This document shows, in pieces, positions 31,539 through 42,495 of a stretch of DNA of 64,000 bases (positions are counted from its first letter, which is position 1; every line of letters begins with the position of its first letter). This DNA is from Neisseriaceae bacterium. GTDB lineage: Bacteria; Pseudomonadota; Gammaproteobacteria; Burkholderiales; Chromobacteriaceae. The stretch covers positions 72,451-136,450 of the forward strand of contig JAIYAC010000020.1 of the NCBI GenBank assembly GCA_027489245.1, written 5' to 3'. The notes under the pieces are model-generated. The model was not told where the DNA came from. It was given only the letters and a program-made list of their open reading frames with translations, and did not search any database. Made by a program: the position numbers and the translations under genes.

Positions 31539-32876
31539 CTAGACAGATTCTCCATCTTCTTCGCGGTAGCGCTGCAGCTTGTACCGTAAGGTGCGTTCGC
31601 TGATACCCAGCCTTTCAGCTGCCAGCTTCTTGGCACCACCCGTTGCTGCCAGCGCATCCAGAATATGCCGTTTTTCCACCGAACGCATATCGGTTTCTTG
31701 CGGCGCCTCTTGTACTGCTTCTGGCGGGGTAACAGTTTTGGCAAACAGGCCAATGTTCAGCATCAGGTCAGCGGCAGAAACTTCCGTGCCTGCGGCAAGA
31801 ATTGCCGCCCGTTGCATTACATTATCCAGCTCGCGGATGTTACCTTCCCAACTATAGGCCGTCAATTCTCGCTCGGCATCGCTGCCTAGCGCTAATCGCG
31901 GTTTATCCATTGCATCACCGTGCTTACGCAGCAATTTTCGTGCCAAAGGCAGGATATCCTCCGGACGCGCGGCCAACCCGGGCAAATTCAGCGGGAAAAC
32001 ATTCAAGCGGAAATACAAGTCTTCGCGGAATCGCCCGGCGGCCACCTCGGCCTGGATATCGCGGTTACTGGTGGCCAGCACACGGATATTCAGTTTGATG
32101 GTTTTCAGCCCGCCCACGCGTTCTACCTCGCGCTCTTGCAGCACGCGCAACAGCTTGGCCTGCAGCGGCAGTGGCATTTCGGTGACTTCGTCCAGCAAGA
32201 TCGTACCGCCCTGCGCCTGCTCGAACTTGCCCGGCAGCGCGGTGGCCGCGCCAGTAAACGCACCCTTCTCGTGGCCGAACAGGGTGGACTCCAGCAGGTT
32301 ATCCGGTATGGCTGCACAGTTTACCGCCACAAACGGGCCATCCTTGCGGCGCGAGTGCTGATGCATGAAGCGCGCCAGCACCTCTTTACCCGCGCCACTG
32401 GGGCCGGTAATCAGCACACTGGCGTCGCTGGGTGCCACGCGGCTGGCTACCGATACGATCTGCTTCATGGCGGGCGATTCTGCCACCATGGATTCGGCTG
32501 CCACTTCGGGCGCATCCAGCAAGAAGCGCTCAACCTCGTCGATCAGGCGTTGCGGCTCGAAAGGCTTGAGCAGGTAATGGCTGGCCCCGGCGCGCAGCAG
32601 CTCGATGGCGCGTTCGATCACGCCGTAGGCGGTCATCAACACGAAAGGCAGGCCCGGGTAGCGGTCTTTCACGTGGGTAAACAGGGTATAGCCATCCATG
32701 GGCTGCATCTGGGCGTCGGACACCACCAGGCCCACCGGCTCGCGGCGCAATACTGCCAGTGCTGCCTCACCATCGCTGGCCTCTACCACGCTGAAGCCGG
32801 AAAGCTCCAGCGTATCTACCAGCGCTTCGCGCAGGTCTGCGTCATCTTCTACTACCAGTACCGGCAATCGTTTCAT
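31539..32876 (-). CDS. sigma54-dependent response regulator (FleR/FlrC-like)
   Basis: REC domain, AAA+ domain (GPSGAGKE, GAFTGA) and Fis HTH (LGISERTLRYKL); directly upstream of fliE. Confidence 0.9.
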   Translation of the reverse strand: MKRLPVLVVEDDADLREALVDTLELSGFSVVEASDGEAALAVLRREPVGLVVSDAQMQPMDGYTLFTHVKDRYPGLPFVLMTAYGVIERAIELLRAGASHYLLKPFEPQRLIDEVERFLLDAPEVAAESMVAESPAMKQIVSVASRVAPSDASVLITGPSGAGKEVLARFMHQHSRRKDGPFVAVNCAAIPDNLLESTLFGHEKGAFTGAATALPGKFEQAQGGTILLDEVTEMPLPLQAKLLRVLQEREVERVGGLKTIKLNIRVLATSNRDIQAEVAAGRFREDLYFRLNVFPLNLPGLAARPEDILPLARKLLRKHGDAMDKPRLALGSDAERELTAYSWEGNIRELDNVMQRAAILAAGTEVSAADLMLNIGLFAKTVTPPEAVQEAPQETDMRSVEKRHILDALAATGGAKKLAAERLGISERTLRYKLQRYREEDGESV

Positions 32877-32898
32877 GTGTTTCTACATCCGTAAAACT

Positions 32899-33591
32899 TC
32901 AGTCAGCGTGCGCGCGGCCTGCGCACAGCGCGATCAGGCGCGGGGCAATCCCCGCCAGGGGTAATACTTCGTGCACGCCGCCGCAGGCAATGGCTTCTTT
33001 GGGCATGCCGAACACCACGCAGGACGCCTCGTCCTGGGCGATATTGTGCGCCCCGGCTTCTTTCAGCTCGGCCATCCCCGCCGCGCCGTCCCGCCCCATG
33101 CCGGTAAGAATCACGCCGATGCAGTTTTTACCGATCACGTTGGCCGCAGAGCGGAACAGCACGTCTACCGATGGCTTGTGACGGTTGACCGGCACACCGT
33201 GGTGCAAGCTGGTGGCGTAACCGATGGTGCTGGCAGGCTTGACCAGCAAGTGCGAGTGCCCCGGGGCAATGTAGACATGGCCTGGCTGCAGGCGCTCGCC
33301 GTCTTCGGCTTCTTTTACCGTCAGCTTGCACAGTGCATCCAGCCGCACGGCAAACGACTTGGTAAACATTTCAGGCATATGCTGGGTAATGACAATGGGT
33401 GGCATGCTGGCGGGCAAGGCGGTCAGCAATACGCGCAGCGCCTCGGTGCCACCCGTGGAAGAACCAATCACAATCACCGTTTGCCGCCCCAGCGAAAGCT
33501 TGCCCGGCTGGCGCGGCAGAATCATGTCGGCACTATGGCTGGGGGCCACTTCTATGGGCTTGGACGCAGCTGTTTTTTTATCGAGGGCCAT
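32899..33591 (-). CDS. CheB methylesterase domain protein lacking a receiver domain
   Basis: GSSTGG, TQHMP, HKPSVD and LTGMGRDG (Ser-His-Asp triad). Only about 37 aa precede the domain. Confidence 0.88.
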   Translation of the reverse strand: MALDKKTAASKPIEVAPSHSADMILPRQPGKLSLGRQTVIVIGSSTGGTEALRVLLTALPASMPPIVITQHMPEMFTKSFAVRLDALCKLTVKEAEDGERLQPGHVYIAPGHSHLLVKPASTIGYATSLHHGVPVNRHKPSVDVLFRSAANVIGKNCIGVILTGMGRDGAAGMAELKEAGAHNIAQDEASCVVFGMPKEAIACGGVHEVLPLAGIAPRLIALCAGRAHAD

Positions 33592-33624
33592 ACTTTCCCT
33601 TAGTCATTTTGCGGCAAACAAACA

Positions 33625-34098
33625 CTATTCACGCCCGGCCTGGCGCAGAAACGCCAGACACCACGCTTCGCACGCCTGCTCTATCAGATCCAGCACCTGC
33701 TCAAAACCCTGCGGGCCACCGTAGTAAGGGTCGGGCACATCGGCCTCTGTACCCAATATCGACAACAATAGCTGCGGTGTCACACCTTTTTGACGCATGG
33801 CCTGCAAGCTGGCCAGGTTGGCGCGGTCTGCGGCCAACATGTAATCAAAGCGGCTAAAGTCGGCAGGGCTGACCTGGCGGGCACGCTGCTGGCGCAAATC
33901 GTAGCCCCGCGCCAGCGCGGCTTGTGTACTGCGTAAATCGGGCGCTTCACCTATGTGATAGGCATGCGTGCCGGCGGAGTCTACTTCAAGCTGGTCTTGC
34001 AGGCCATGCTTTAACAACATGCTGCGCATCACCCCCTCGGCAGTAGGCGAGCGGCAGATATTGCCCATGCAGACCATGAGTATGCGTTGTTTGCTCAT
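33625..34098 (-). CDS. Low-molecular-weight protein tyrosine phosphatase
   Basis: VCMGNICRSPTAE and DVPDPYYG. Confidence 0.93.
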   Translation of the reverse strand: MSKQRILMVCMGNICRSPTAEGVMRSMLLKHGLQDQLEVDSAGTHAYHIGEAPDLRSTQAALARGYDLRQQRARQVSPADFSRFDYMLAADRANLASLQAMRQKGVTPQLLLSILGTEADVPDPYYGGPQGFEQVLDLIEQACEAWCLAFLRQAGRE

Positions 34099-34134
34099 TG
34101 TTTTCCCTATGCGGCCAACTGGCGTGGCTGCTGC

Positions 34135-36150
34135 TTACAGGCCGTTCATCCAGGCTTTTTCCTTGAAGGCTTTCAATTCGTCGCGCAGCTTGGCGGCTTT
34201 TTCGAATTCCAGATTGCGCGCCGCTTCCATCATGTCTTTTTCCAGGCGCTTGATTTCTTTGGCCAGGGCTTTTTCGTCCAGCATGGCAATACGGGCGCTT
34301 TCGGCCAGCGCCTTCTTGTCGACCGGCTCGTTCTGGTACACGCCGTCGATAATGTCCTTGATCTTCTTGTTCACCCCCTGCGGCACGATGCCATGCTCGG
34401 CGTTGAACGCCATCTGCTTGGTACGGCGGCGCTCGGTTTCATCCATGGCGCGCTGCATGCTGTTGGTGATGCGGTCGGCGTACAGCAGCGCTTTGCCGTG
34501 CAGGTTACGCGCGGCGCGGCCTATGGTCTGGATGAGGCTGCGTTCGCTCCGCAGGAAGCCTTCCTTGTCGGCATCCAGAATGGCCACCAGGCTTACCTCG
34601 GGGATATCCAGGCCTTCGCGCAGCAGGTTAATGCCGATCAGCACGTCGAACATACCCAGACGCAGGTCGCGGATGATCTCCACCCGCTCTACCGTATCGA
34701 TATCGCTGTGCAGGTAGCGCACCTTGATGCCGTGCTCGGTGTAGTAATCGGCCAGCTGCTCGGCCATGCGTTTGGTCAGCGTAGTCACCAGCACGCGCTC
34801 GCCGCGCTCGATGCGCAGGTGGATTTCCGACAGCAGGTCGTCCACCTGCGTGCCCACCGGGCGGATTTCGATCACCGGGTCTACCAGGCCGGTTGGCCGC
34901 ACCACCTGCTCTACCACCTGGCCGGCGTGCTCTTTTTCGTAGTCGGCTGGCGTGGCAGACACAAAAATGGTCTGCGGCATCAGCTGTTCAAATTCGTGGA
35001 ATTTCAGCGGGCGGTTGTCCACGGCCGACGGCAGGCGGAAGCCGTAATCCACCAGGTTTTGCTTGCGCGCAGCGTCGCCTTTGTACATGGCGCCCACCTG
35101 CGGCACCGTGACGTGGCTTTCGTCGATAAACATCAGCGCGTTCTTGGGCAGGTAGTCGATCAGCGTGGGTGGCGCACCACCCGGCTCGCGACCGGAAAAG
35201 TGGCGCGAGTAGTTTTCAATGCCCTTGCAAAAGCCCATTTCGTACAGCATTTCCAGGTCAAAACGCGTGCGCTGCTCGATGCGCTGCGCCTCCACCAGCT
35301 TGCCTTCTTTCAGGTACCAGGCCACGCGGTCGGCCAGCTCCAGCTTGATCTGCTCACAGGCGCGCAGCACGGTGTCGCGCGGCGTCACGTAGTGGCTGGA
35401 CGGAAACACGGTAAAGCGGCCAACACGCTGCTTGGTGGTGCCGGTGAGCGGGTCGAACAGCGTGAGCGTTTCCACCTCGTCGTCAAACAGGCTGATACGC
35501 ACGGCGGTGTCGTTGCTTTCGGCCGGGAACACGTCGATGACGTCGCCGCGTACACGGAAGGTACCGCGGGCAAAGTCGGTGTCGTTGCGGTCGTACTGCA
35601 TGGCCACCAGGCGGCTGACGATATCCTTCTGCGGCGTGGTTTCGCCTTCTTTCAGGTGCAGGATCATCTGGTGGTAGTCGGAGGGGTCGCCGATACCGTA
35701 AATGGCCGACACCGTGGCCACGATCACGCAGTCGGGCCGCTCCAGAATGCTTTTGGTGGCCGACAAGCGCATCTGCTCGATGTGCTCGTTGATGCTGGAG
35801 TCTTTTTCGATGAACAGGTCACGGCTGGGCACGTAGGCCTCGGGCTGGTAGTAGTCGTAGTACGACACGAAATACTCCACCGCGTTTTCCGGGAAAAACT
35901 CGCGCATCTCGCTGTACAGCTGCGCGGCCAGGGTTTTGTTGTGCGCCATGATGATGGCCGGGCGGCCGGTTTGCGCAATGACATTGGCCATGGTGTAGGT
36001 TTTGCCAGAACCGGTCACGCCCAGGAGTGTCTGGTAGCTCAGGCCGTCGGACAGGCCCTCTACCAGGCTGGCAATCGCCGCTGGCTGATCGCCCGCCGGG
36101 GCAAAAGGCTGATGGAGCTTGAAAGCGCTGCCTGGATAGCTTACGACCAT
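34135..36150 (-). CDS. uvrB: Excinuclease ABC subunit B
   Basis: [32 protein letters not shown] and a C-terminal UVR domain. Confidence 0.98.
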   Translation of the reverse strand: MVVSYPGSAFKLHQPFAPAGDQPAAIASLVEGLSDGLSYQTLLGVTGSGKTYTMANVIAQTGRPAIIMAHNKTLAAQLYSEMREFFPENAVEYFVSYYDYYQPEAYVPSRDLFIEKDSSINEHIEQMRLSATKSILERPDCVIVATVSAIYGIGDPSDYHQMILHLKEGETTPQKDIVSRLVAMQYDRNDTDFARGTFRVRGDVIDVFPAESNDTAVRISLFDDEVETLTLFDPLTGTTKQRVGRFTVFPSSHYVTPRDTVLRACEQIKLELADRVAWYLKEGKLVEAQRIEQRTRFDLEMLYEMGFCKGIENYSRHFSGREPGGAPPTLIDYLPKNALMFIDESHVTVPQVGAMYKGDAARKQNLVDYGFRLPSAVDNRPLKFHEFEQLMPQTIFVSATPADYEKEHAGQVVEQVVRPTGLVDPVIEIRPVGTQVDDLLSEIHLRIERGERVLVTTLTKRMAEQLADYYTEHGIKVRYLHSDIDTVERVEIIRDLRLGMFDVLIGINLLREGLDIPEVSLVAILDADKEGFLRSERSLIQTIGRAARNLHGKALLYADRITNSMQRAMDETERRRTKQMAFNAEHGIVPQGVNKKIKDIIDGVYQNEPVDKKALAESARIAMLDEKALAKEIKRLEKDMMEAARNLEFEKAAKLRDELKAFKEKAWMNGL

Positions 36151-36388
36151 GGAATTTCACTCATTTGTCACGCTTTATGCCGGTAACTAGCCCACATTTC
36201 ATGTGTTTTGACTAAAAGTAATGCCGGACAAAGCAGGGGAATCAATTTAAAATAAAAGGGCTCGATAAACCAACAACAGGGTAAGCCTGACAGGCCGTGC
36301 CAAGACACGGCGCTTTTGCGCATCACCGGGTGTGATACAGCCCTGCCAGCGCCTTACCTGCCGCATGAACACTGCATCGGAGTCATGA

Positions 36389-37249
36389 ATGATGCTCAGA
36401 ACCTTTGTCCTGCTAGGCTGCCTGGCCGCCAGCAGCATGGTGGCGCATGCCGCCCAGCCTGTAAACCTGCAAACCCAGGCACTGACCAGTAGCCCGCGGC
36501 TGAATTCCCAGTCCGTCGTGGTAGTGGACTCGCAAACCGGCAAGCTGGTTTACGAAAAAAACCCGCTGCAAACCCAGCCCATCGCGTCGATCACCAAGCT
36601 GATGACCGCCATGGTCATGCTGGATGCCGGCTTGTCGCTGGATGAGCCCATCACCATTACCGAAGACGAAGTAGACCGCCTGAAAAACACCAGCTCGCGC
36701 TTGAGTGTGGGTTCTACCCTTACCCGCCGCGAAATGCTGCTGCTGGCGCTGATGTCGTCGGAAAACCGTGCTTCGGCCTCGCTGGCGCGCACCTACCCCG
36801 GCGGCAAGGCTGCATTTATTGCCAAAATGAACCAGAAGGCACGCAGCATCGGCATGCGCAATGCCGTGTTCCACGATGCCACCGGCCTGGACATGCGCAA
36901 CAGCGCCACCGCCATGGACCTGGTGCGCATGGTGAAAGCCGCCTACCAGTACCCGCTGATCCGCCAGTTTTCCACCACGCACGAATACATTGCCCACCCC
37001 AGCCCTACCCGCGTGCTGCACTATAAAAACAGCAACCCGCTGGTACGTGAGGGCGAGTGGGATATCGGCCTGTCCAAAACCGGCTACATCGAAGAAGCAG
37101 GCCGCTGCCTGGTGATGGAAACCACCATGGGTAGCCAGCGCCTGATTGTGGTGCTGCTGGCGGCCAATGGCTCGGCAGCGCGGGTGAACGATGCCAAGTC
37201 CATCAAGACCTGGCTGGAAGCCCACCCCAATAGCTGGCTGTCGGGCTAA
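36389..37249 (+). CDS. pbpG: D-alanyl-D-alanine endopeptidase (PBP7, peptidase S11)
   Basis: IASITKLMT (SxxK), SSEN and KTGY. Confidence 0.88.
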   Translation: MMLRTFVLLGCLAASSMVAHAAQPVNLQTQALTSSPRLNSQSVVVVDSQTGKLVYEKNPLQTQPIASITKLMTAMVMLDAGLSLDEPITITEDEVDRLKNTSSRLSVGSTLTRREMLLLALMSSENRASASLARTYPGGKAAFIAKMNQKARSIGMRNAVFHDATGLDMRNSATAMDLVRMVKAAYQYPLIRQFSTTHEYIAHPSPTRVLHYKNSNPLVREGEWDIGLSKTGYIEEAGRCLVMETTMGSQRLIVVLLAANGSAARVNDAKSIKTWLEAHPNSWLSG

Positions 37250-37267
37250 GCAAGCCATCGCAGTACG

Positions 37268-37300
37268 ACAAAAAGGTTGGCCGCGGCCAACCTTTTTTGT
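37268..37300. terminator. Bidirectional terminator made of two overlapping repeat cores
   Basis: AAAAAGGTTGGCCGCGGCCAACCTTTTTT between convergent pbpG and the Fe ABC ATPase. Confidence 0.85.
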
Positions 37301-37313
37301 TTAACCGCCGCAC

Positions 37314-38360
37314 TCAGGCGCGGCGGAACGCGATCAGGTGATCCAGCTCCAGCCGGATACCGATGGCCTCGCCAATGGCGTGGTTGTGGTGGCTGGGCAC
37401 CTGCGCCAGTACCTGCTGGCCGGAATCCAGCTGCAGCGTGTACAGAAACTCGGAGCCGCGGAACACCTTGCCCAGTACCTTGGCCGTTACCGGGCTGGCA
37501 TCGTCGTGCACCACGTCATCGGGGCGCAGCAGCACGTCTACCTGGTCGCCTTCGGCAAACTGGCGCGGCACGGCGCTGCAGTACTCGCCCAGCTCCAGCG
37601 TGACGCAGCGCGGGCCAGTGACCCGCCCCGGCACAAAGGCGCCCTGGCCGATAAAATCGGCCACATAACGGCTGGCCGGCTCGTGGTACAGCTCGTATGG
37701 CGGCGCCCACTGCTGCAGCTGGCCCTGGTGCATCACGCCTACCTTGTCGGCCATGGCAAAGGCTTCGTGCTGGTCGTGCGTCACCAGAATGGCCGTGGTG
37801 CCTTGCGATTTCAGAATGTCGCGCACCTCGCGCGACAGCCTCTCGCGCAGGTCGACATCCAGGTTGGAAAACGGCTCATCCAACAGCAGCAGCTGCGGCT
37901 TGGGTGCCAGCGCACGCGCCAGCGCCACGCGCTGCTGCTGGCCGCCGGACAGCTCGTGCGGGAAGGCCTGGGCATAAGCGGCCAACCCTACCACCTCCAG
38001 TACCGCCATCACCCGGGCCTCGCGCTCGCTGCGCGAGAGCTTGCCCAGGCCAAAGCCCACGTTTTCCTGCACATTCAGGTGCGGGAACAAGGCGTAATCC
38101 TGAAACACCATGCCGATCTGGCGCAGGTGCGCCGGCACGCTGTCGGCCACACTGGCAATACGGCGGCCCGCCAGGCGGATGTCGCCGCCGGCCAATGGCT
38201 CAAAGCCGGCAATACAGCGCAATACCGTGGTCTTGCCGCAGCCGGAGCTGCCCAGCAGGCAGGCAATCTCGCCCTGCTGCAGGGCAAACGACATGTCATT
38301 GACGACGGTTTTGTCGCCGTAGCGTTGCGACACCGACTGTAGTTCAAGCAAGGCACTCAT
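37314..38360 (-). CDS. Fe(III) ABC transporter ATPase (FbpC-like)
   Basis: GSSGCGKT, FQDYALFPH, LSGGQQQR and operon context. Confidence 0.88.
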   Translation of the reverse strand: MSALLELQSVSQRYGDKTVVNDMSFALQQGEIACLLGSSGCGKTTVLRCIAGFEPLAGGDIRLAGRRIASVADSVPAHLRQIGMVFQDYALFPHLNVQENVGFGLGKLSRSEREARVMAVLEVVGLAAYAQAFPHELSGGQQQRVALARALAPKPQLLLLDEPFSNLDVDLRERLSREVRDILKSQGTTAILVTHDQHEAFAMADKVGVMHQGQLQQWAPPYELYHEPASRYVADFIGQGAFVPGRVTGPRCVTLELGEYCSAVPRQFAEGDQVDVLLRPDDVVHDDASPVTAKVLGKVFRGSEFLYTLQLDSGQQVLAQVPSHHNHAIGEAIGIRLELDHLIAFRRA

Positions 38361-39970
38361 CAGGCAACATCCCGTTGGCGCGACAGCAATATGGTAGGGA
38401 TCAGACCCACCAGCACGATGGCAATGGCCGGCAGCGCAGCCTGGTCCCACATGCCTTCGGCTGTCATGTTGTAAACGCGTACCGACAGCGTGTCCCAGCC
38501 GAAGGGCCGGGTCATCAGCGTGATGGGCATTTCTTTCATCACATCGACAAACACCATCAGTACGCCGGTAAACAGGCCGCCGGACAACAGCGGCAGATAC
38601 ACGCGGCGCAGCAACGCCCAGCCCGAGCAGCCCAGGTTACGCGCGGCTTCATCATGGCTGCGGGTAATGCGGTTCATCGCGGTGTCTACCGACGAGTACG
38701 CCACCGCCAGAAAACGCGCTACAAAGGCCAGCAGCATGGCCAGCAAGGTGCCTTTGAACACCGCCGTCACGTCGCCGCCCCAGCCCATCAGGGCAATGAT
38801 CTGGTTATCCAGCCACGCCACCGGCACAAACACCCCCACCGCCAGCACGGTACCGGGGATGGCGTAACCCATGGTGGCCACCCGCGCCAGGTTGCGCATG
38901 GCCTGGCTACCCTGGCGGCGTACCAGGTAGGCCAGCACCAGGGCAATAGCGGTCACCAGCACGGCGGCAATCAGCGACAGGCTGACCGAGCGCCAGGCGT
39001 AGCCCAGAAAATCGCTGCTGAACTGGTTGGCAAAATCCAGCGACGCCCAGTACGCCAGCTGCAGCATGGGAATGATGAACGCCGCCAGTACAACGCTGCC
39101 TGCGGCCAACGTCGCCGCCCAGCCACGCCAGCCAGCCAGCAGCAGCCGTGGCTGCGGTGCAGCACGCCCGGCCTGCGCATAGGCGCGGCGGCCCCGGCTG
39201 CGCTGCTCCAGTACCAGCACGATGAACACCAGCATCACCAGCAGCGACGCAATCTGCTTGGCGGTATCCAGCGAAAACAGCGCAAACCAGGCCTTGTAGA
39301 TAGCACTGGTAAAGGTGTCGTAGTTAAACACTGCCACGGTGCCAAAGTCGGCCAGGCTTTCCATGATCACCAGGATCAGCCCGCCGGCAATCCACGGCCG
39401 CGCCATGGGCAGGGCAATGCGCCAGAACCCCTGGCTGCGCGACAGCCCCAGGCTCTGCCCTACTTCCAGGGCGCGGCGGCCCATGGTGGCGAAAGCATTA
39501 CGGCTAAGCAGATAGACATAGGGGTAAAACGCCAGGGTCATCACCAGCACCAAGCCCCAGGCGCTACGGATTTGCGGAAACCAGCGCATATCCTCGAAGT
39601 GCGGCCGCAGCCAGGTTTGCACCGGGCCGGTAAATTCCAGCAGGCCTACCTGGGCAAAAGCCAGCACATAAGCCGGCATGGCCAGCGGCAGCATCAGCGC
39701 CCAGTTGAAAATGCGGCGGCCAGGGAAATCGTATACCGCCACCAGCCAGGCCAGGCTGACACCCAACAGCAGCACCCCGGCCCCCACGCCCAACAGCATG
39801 ATGGCGGTGTTTTTGAACAGCTCGGGCAGGGTGAACTCGATCAGGTGCGACCAGATGGCCGGGTCGGGCGTCAGCGCAGACAGCATCACCACGCCCAGCG
39901 GCACGATGGTGCACAGGGCAATGAGGCCGGCCACTAGCCAGGGAATCACAAGCGTGTGCAGGCGGCTCAT
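38360..39970 (-). CDS. Fe(III) ABC transporter permease (FbpB-like)
   Basis: Duplicated permease with LPLAMPAYV, GYAIPGTV and MKEMP.TL..RPFG. Confidence 0.9.
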   Translation of the reverse strand: MSRLHTLVIPWLVAGLIALCTIVPLGVVMLSALTPDPAIWSHLIEFTLPELFKNTAIMLLGVGAGVLLLGVSLAWLVAVYDFPGRRIFNWALMLPLAMPAYVLAFAQVGLLEFTGPVQTWLRPHFEDMRWFPQIRSAWGLVLVMTLAFYPYVYLLSRNAFATMGRRALEVGQSLGLSRSQGFWRIALPMARPWIAGGLILVIMESLADFGTVAVFNYDTFTSAIYKAWFALFSLDTAKQIASLLVMLVFIVLVLEQRSRGRRAYAQAGRAAPQPRLLLAGWRGWAATLAAGSVVLAAFIIPMLQLAYWASLDFANQFSSDFLGYAWRSVSLSLIAAVLVTAIALVLAYLVRRQGSQAMRNLARVATMGYAIPGTVLAVGVFVPVAWLDNQIIALMGWGGDVTAVFKGTLLAMLLAFVARFLAVAYSSVDTAMNRITRSHDEAARNLGCSGWALLRRVYLPLLSGGLFTGVLMVFVDVMKEMPITLMTRPFGWDTLSVRVYNMTAEGMWDQAALPAIAIVLVGLIPTILLSRQRDVA

Positions 39971-40113
39971 GGCAATAAAGGGGCAAGAAAAAGGGGCATT
40001 ATCGTTGCAGGCGTGCAATTTAGGAAAGACAGCGCAGCGCAAAAAGGCTGCAGCAACAAAACAGGGGCGCCGCAGCGCCCCCGCTTATCTGCCGCCAGCC
40101 ATGGCTTGCCGGC

Positions 40114-41106
40114 TTATTTGTAGCCCATGCGGTCCATCAGCTTCACGGCCTCGGCCTGCTTGGCACCGGCTTCGGACACGTTGATCAGGTCAGACTTGAA
40201 GCTGCCCCACGATGCCACGGTCGCATTGGCCTTGACTTTAGGGTTGGCCGAAAACTCCATATCGATATCGGCGTACAGCTTCTGCGCTTTTTCGGAAGAC
40301 AGCCATTCCAGCAGCTTCACGGCGCCTTTCGGGTTTTTGGCATGCTTGGTCACGCCCGCACCGGACACGTTCACGTGCACGCCGTTCTGCTTCTGGTTGG
40401 CCCAGAAGATGCCTACCTGCAGGTTCGGGGTCTTCTTCAGCAGGCGGCCGTAGTAGTAGGTATTGGCAATGCCCACATCACACTGGCCGGCGTCGATGGC
40501 TTCCAGCATCTTGGTGTCGTCCGCAAACACAGGTGCCGCCAGGTTATCTACCCAGCCTTTTACCACTTTTTCGGTGGCAGCCACGCCCTTGTCGGCGATC
40601 ATGGTGCCTACCAGCGACTGGTTGTACACCTTCTTGGAAGTACGCAGGCACAGGCGGCCTTTCCATTTGGCGTCGGCCAGGTCTTCGTAGCTGGACAGCT
40701 GGTCCGGCTTCACGGTTTTCTTGTTGAAGAAAATGGTGCGGGCACGCACGGACAGACCAAACCAGTTACCGGCGGGGTCACGCAGGTTGGCCGGAATGTT
40801 GGCCGCAAGCACGGTGGATTTTACCGGCTGGAACAGGCCCATATTGCTGGCTTGCCACAGGTTGCCTGCGTCCACAGTCATGAAGATGTCGGCCGGGGTG
40901 TTGGTGCCTTCGGCTTTCAGTCGCTCCATCAGCGGGCCTTCGCCACCGCTGACCACATTGACCTTCACGCCGGTTTCTTTTTCGTAAACTTCCAGAATCG
41001 GCTTGATCAGCTGCTCGGCACGCGCGGTATACAGCGTGACTTCTTCGGCCATGGCCACACCACTGAACGCTGCCAGTACCGCAGCCAACATTACTTGTTT
41101 CTTCAT
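40114..41106 (-). CDS. Fe(III) ABC substrate-binding protein (FbpA/FutA-like)
   Basis: TPAD...TVDAGNL, YNQSL, ANTYYYG and GVHVNVSG. Confidence 0.9.
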   Translation of the reverse strand: MKKQVMLAAVLAAFSGVAMAEEVTLYTARAEQLIKPILEVYEKETGVKVNVVSGGEGPLMERLKAEGTNTPADIFMTVDAGNLWQASNMGLFQPVKSTVLAANIPANLRDPAGNWFGLSVRARTIFFNKKTVKPDQLSSYEDLADAKWKGRLCLRTSKKVYNQSLVGTMIADKGVAATEKVVKGWVDNLAAPVFADDTKMLEAIDAGQCDVGIANTYYYGRLLKKTPNLQVGIFWANQKQNGVHVNVSGAGVTKHAKNPKGAVKLLEWLSSEKAQKLYADIDMEFSANPKVKANATVASWGSFKSDLINVSEAGAKQAEAVKLMDRMGYK

Positions 41107-41174
41107 GACCCACTCCTTGTGCATTGCCCGGCAAGGGCAAGGTGTATCAACATGGGGGCCGAGTATAAACAGTG

Positions 41175-41191
41175 AAGATAACCGTTATCAA
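41175..41191. promoter_or_regulatory. Fur-box-like site
   Basis: GATAAC-C-GTTATC palindrome about 70 bp upstream of the iron-binding protein gene. Confidence 0.6.
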
Positions 41192-41211
41192 CACCATTTC
41201 GTATTTCAGTA

Positions 41212-42492
41212 TTATTTAGGTAAAACAGGGAACCTTACCCAGTCACCTGCATCTACTTTCAGTTTGCCGTTACGCAAACGCGCCACCGCAAAGCGCGGCT
41301 GCACTTGTTCGATTTCCACATCACCCAGCTGCAGCTCGGGCACCCCCAGCACCTCGCCATCGGTACGGCGGATCTCGGTCGCCGGGCGCGGCTTGTACAC
41401 CACCAGGCGGTCGCGCACGGCCAGGCCGTCCAGCGCGCCGGCAGACAGATAAACCTTGTCCCCCTCTACCCTGGCCACACGGGTGGCAAAGGGCAGGCAC
41501 TGCACGGCACCGGACACCTTGGCCGCTATTTCTTCCAGCACCTGACCCATGGCCTGCCCGTATTCCGACTCCACCATGGCGTCCACGTTAAACACGCGGC
41601 TGGACTGCGGGTGTACATCGCCCCGGGCCACACGGCGCAGGTTATCGCGCAGCAAGATGCCGCCGCTCAGGGTGTCGTACAGCCAGTATTCGATTTCAAA
41701 ACGGCGTTCCACGGGCACGTTGCGCACCGACATGCCCAGCAAGCCAGCCAGCGGCCCGGTGTAATACGTGCCCTGCCCGCCAGGGGTGCCACTGCCAAAC
41801 ACGTCAACACGAGGCTCACGGCGGGTGACGGCAGTATCGATAATGCGCCCGGCCAGCACAAACTGTGCGCCCTCGCGGCGGCCTATCTCGCGCACGGTGT
41901 CAGCCGCGGCGCTAGCTTCCTGCATGCGCCCGCCAGGGAAAACCGACATGGTGCCAGCGTAGAGCGCCTGGGTTTCGCGGCGCAGGTTAAACAGCCTCAC
42001 CAGCTCACCGGGAAACCAGGTGGCAATACTGCCCAGGTCGCCGGCGTCTGCAGGGCGCTCCAGCTGGAAATAGCTGGTAACGATACGGCGGGCCAGAAAG
42101 CGCCCCGGCGGCATGGCGGCGCGCTGGCAGGTGTCGGTCTTTTGTTCGCCTTCGGGCGCATCGGTATCGTGCTCTACCCGCACCAGCAGCAGGCCATCGC
42201 GCAGGGTCTCGGACAACACGCGCGTTTTACCCGGCAAGCTCAACGGCCCCAGCATCATGCTTTCTGCCGTTTGCAGCCCATCCACCACCTGGGTAGACGC
42301 CAGCATGCCGCCCCGGTGGGTAATGGCAATCTGGCGCAAGGCATCGCCAATGGCCGCCTCGCGCGCGGCCACGCGGCCCGCCTCTAGCGAAGCCACGCCC
42401 TCGGCCTGATACACCTCGGCCTGCGCGCCAGGCAGCGCGAAAACAAACGCCGCCCAGCAGGCGGCGCGTAACAGTATGGATAGTCGCATCAT
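41212..42492 (-). CDS. flgT: Flagellar assembly protein T (FlgT-like)
   Basis: Signal peptide, AREAAI.DAL, QFVLAG.I.D and CLPF..RV..V.G..VYL.AG..DGL. Confidence 0.7.
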   Translation of the reverse strand: MMRLSILLRAACWAAFVFALPGAQAEVYQAEGVASLEAGRVAAREAAIGDALRQIAITHRGGMLASTQVVDGLQTAESMMLGPLSLPGKTRVLSETLRDGLLLVRVEHDTDAPEGEQKTDTCQRAAMPPGRFLARRIVTSYFQLERPADAGDLGSIATWFPGELVRLFNLRRETQALYAGTMSVFPGGRMQEASAAADTVREIGRREGAQFVLAGRIIDTAVTRREPRVDVFGSGTPGGQGTYYTGPLAGLLGMSVRNVPVERRFEIEYWLYDTLSGGILLRDNLRRVARGDVHPQSSRVFNVDAMVESEYGQAMGQVLEEIAAKVSGAVQCLPFATRVARVEGDKVYLSAGALDGLAVRDRLVVYKPRPATEIRRTDGEVLGVPELQLGDVEIEQVQPRFAVARLRNGKLKVDAGDWVRFPVLPK

Positions 42493-42495
42493 GTC

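Noticed and set aside
36151-36388. SOS box upstream of uvrB
   Set aside because: I found no CTGT-N8-ACAG match.
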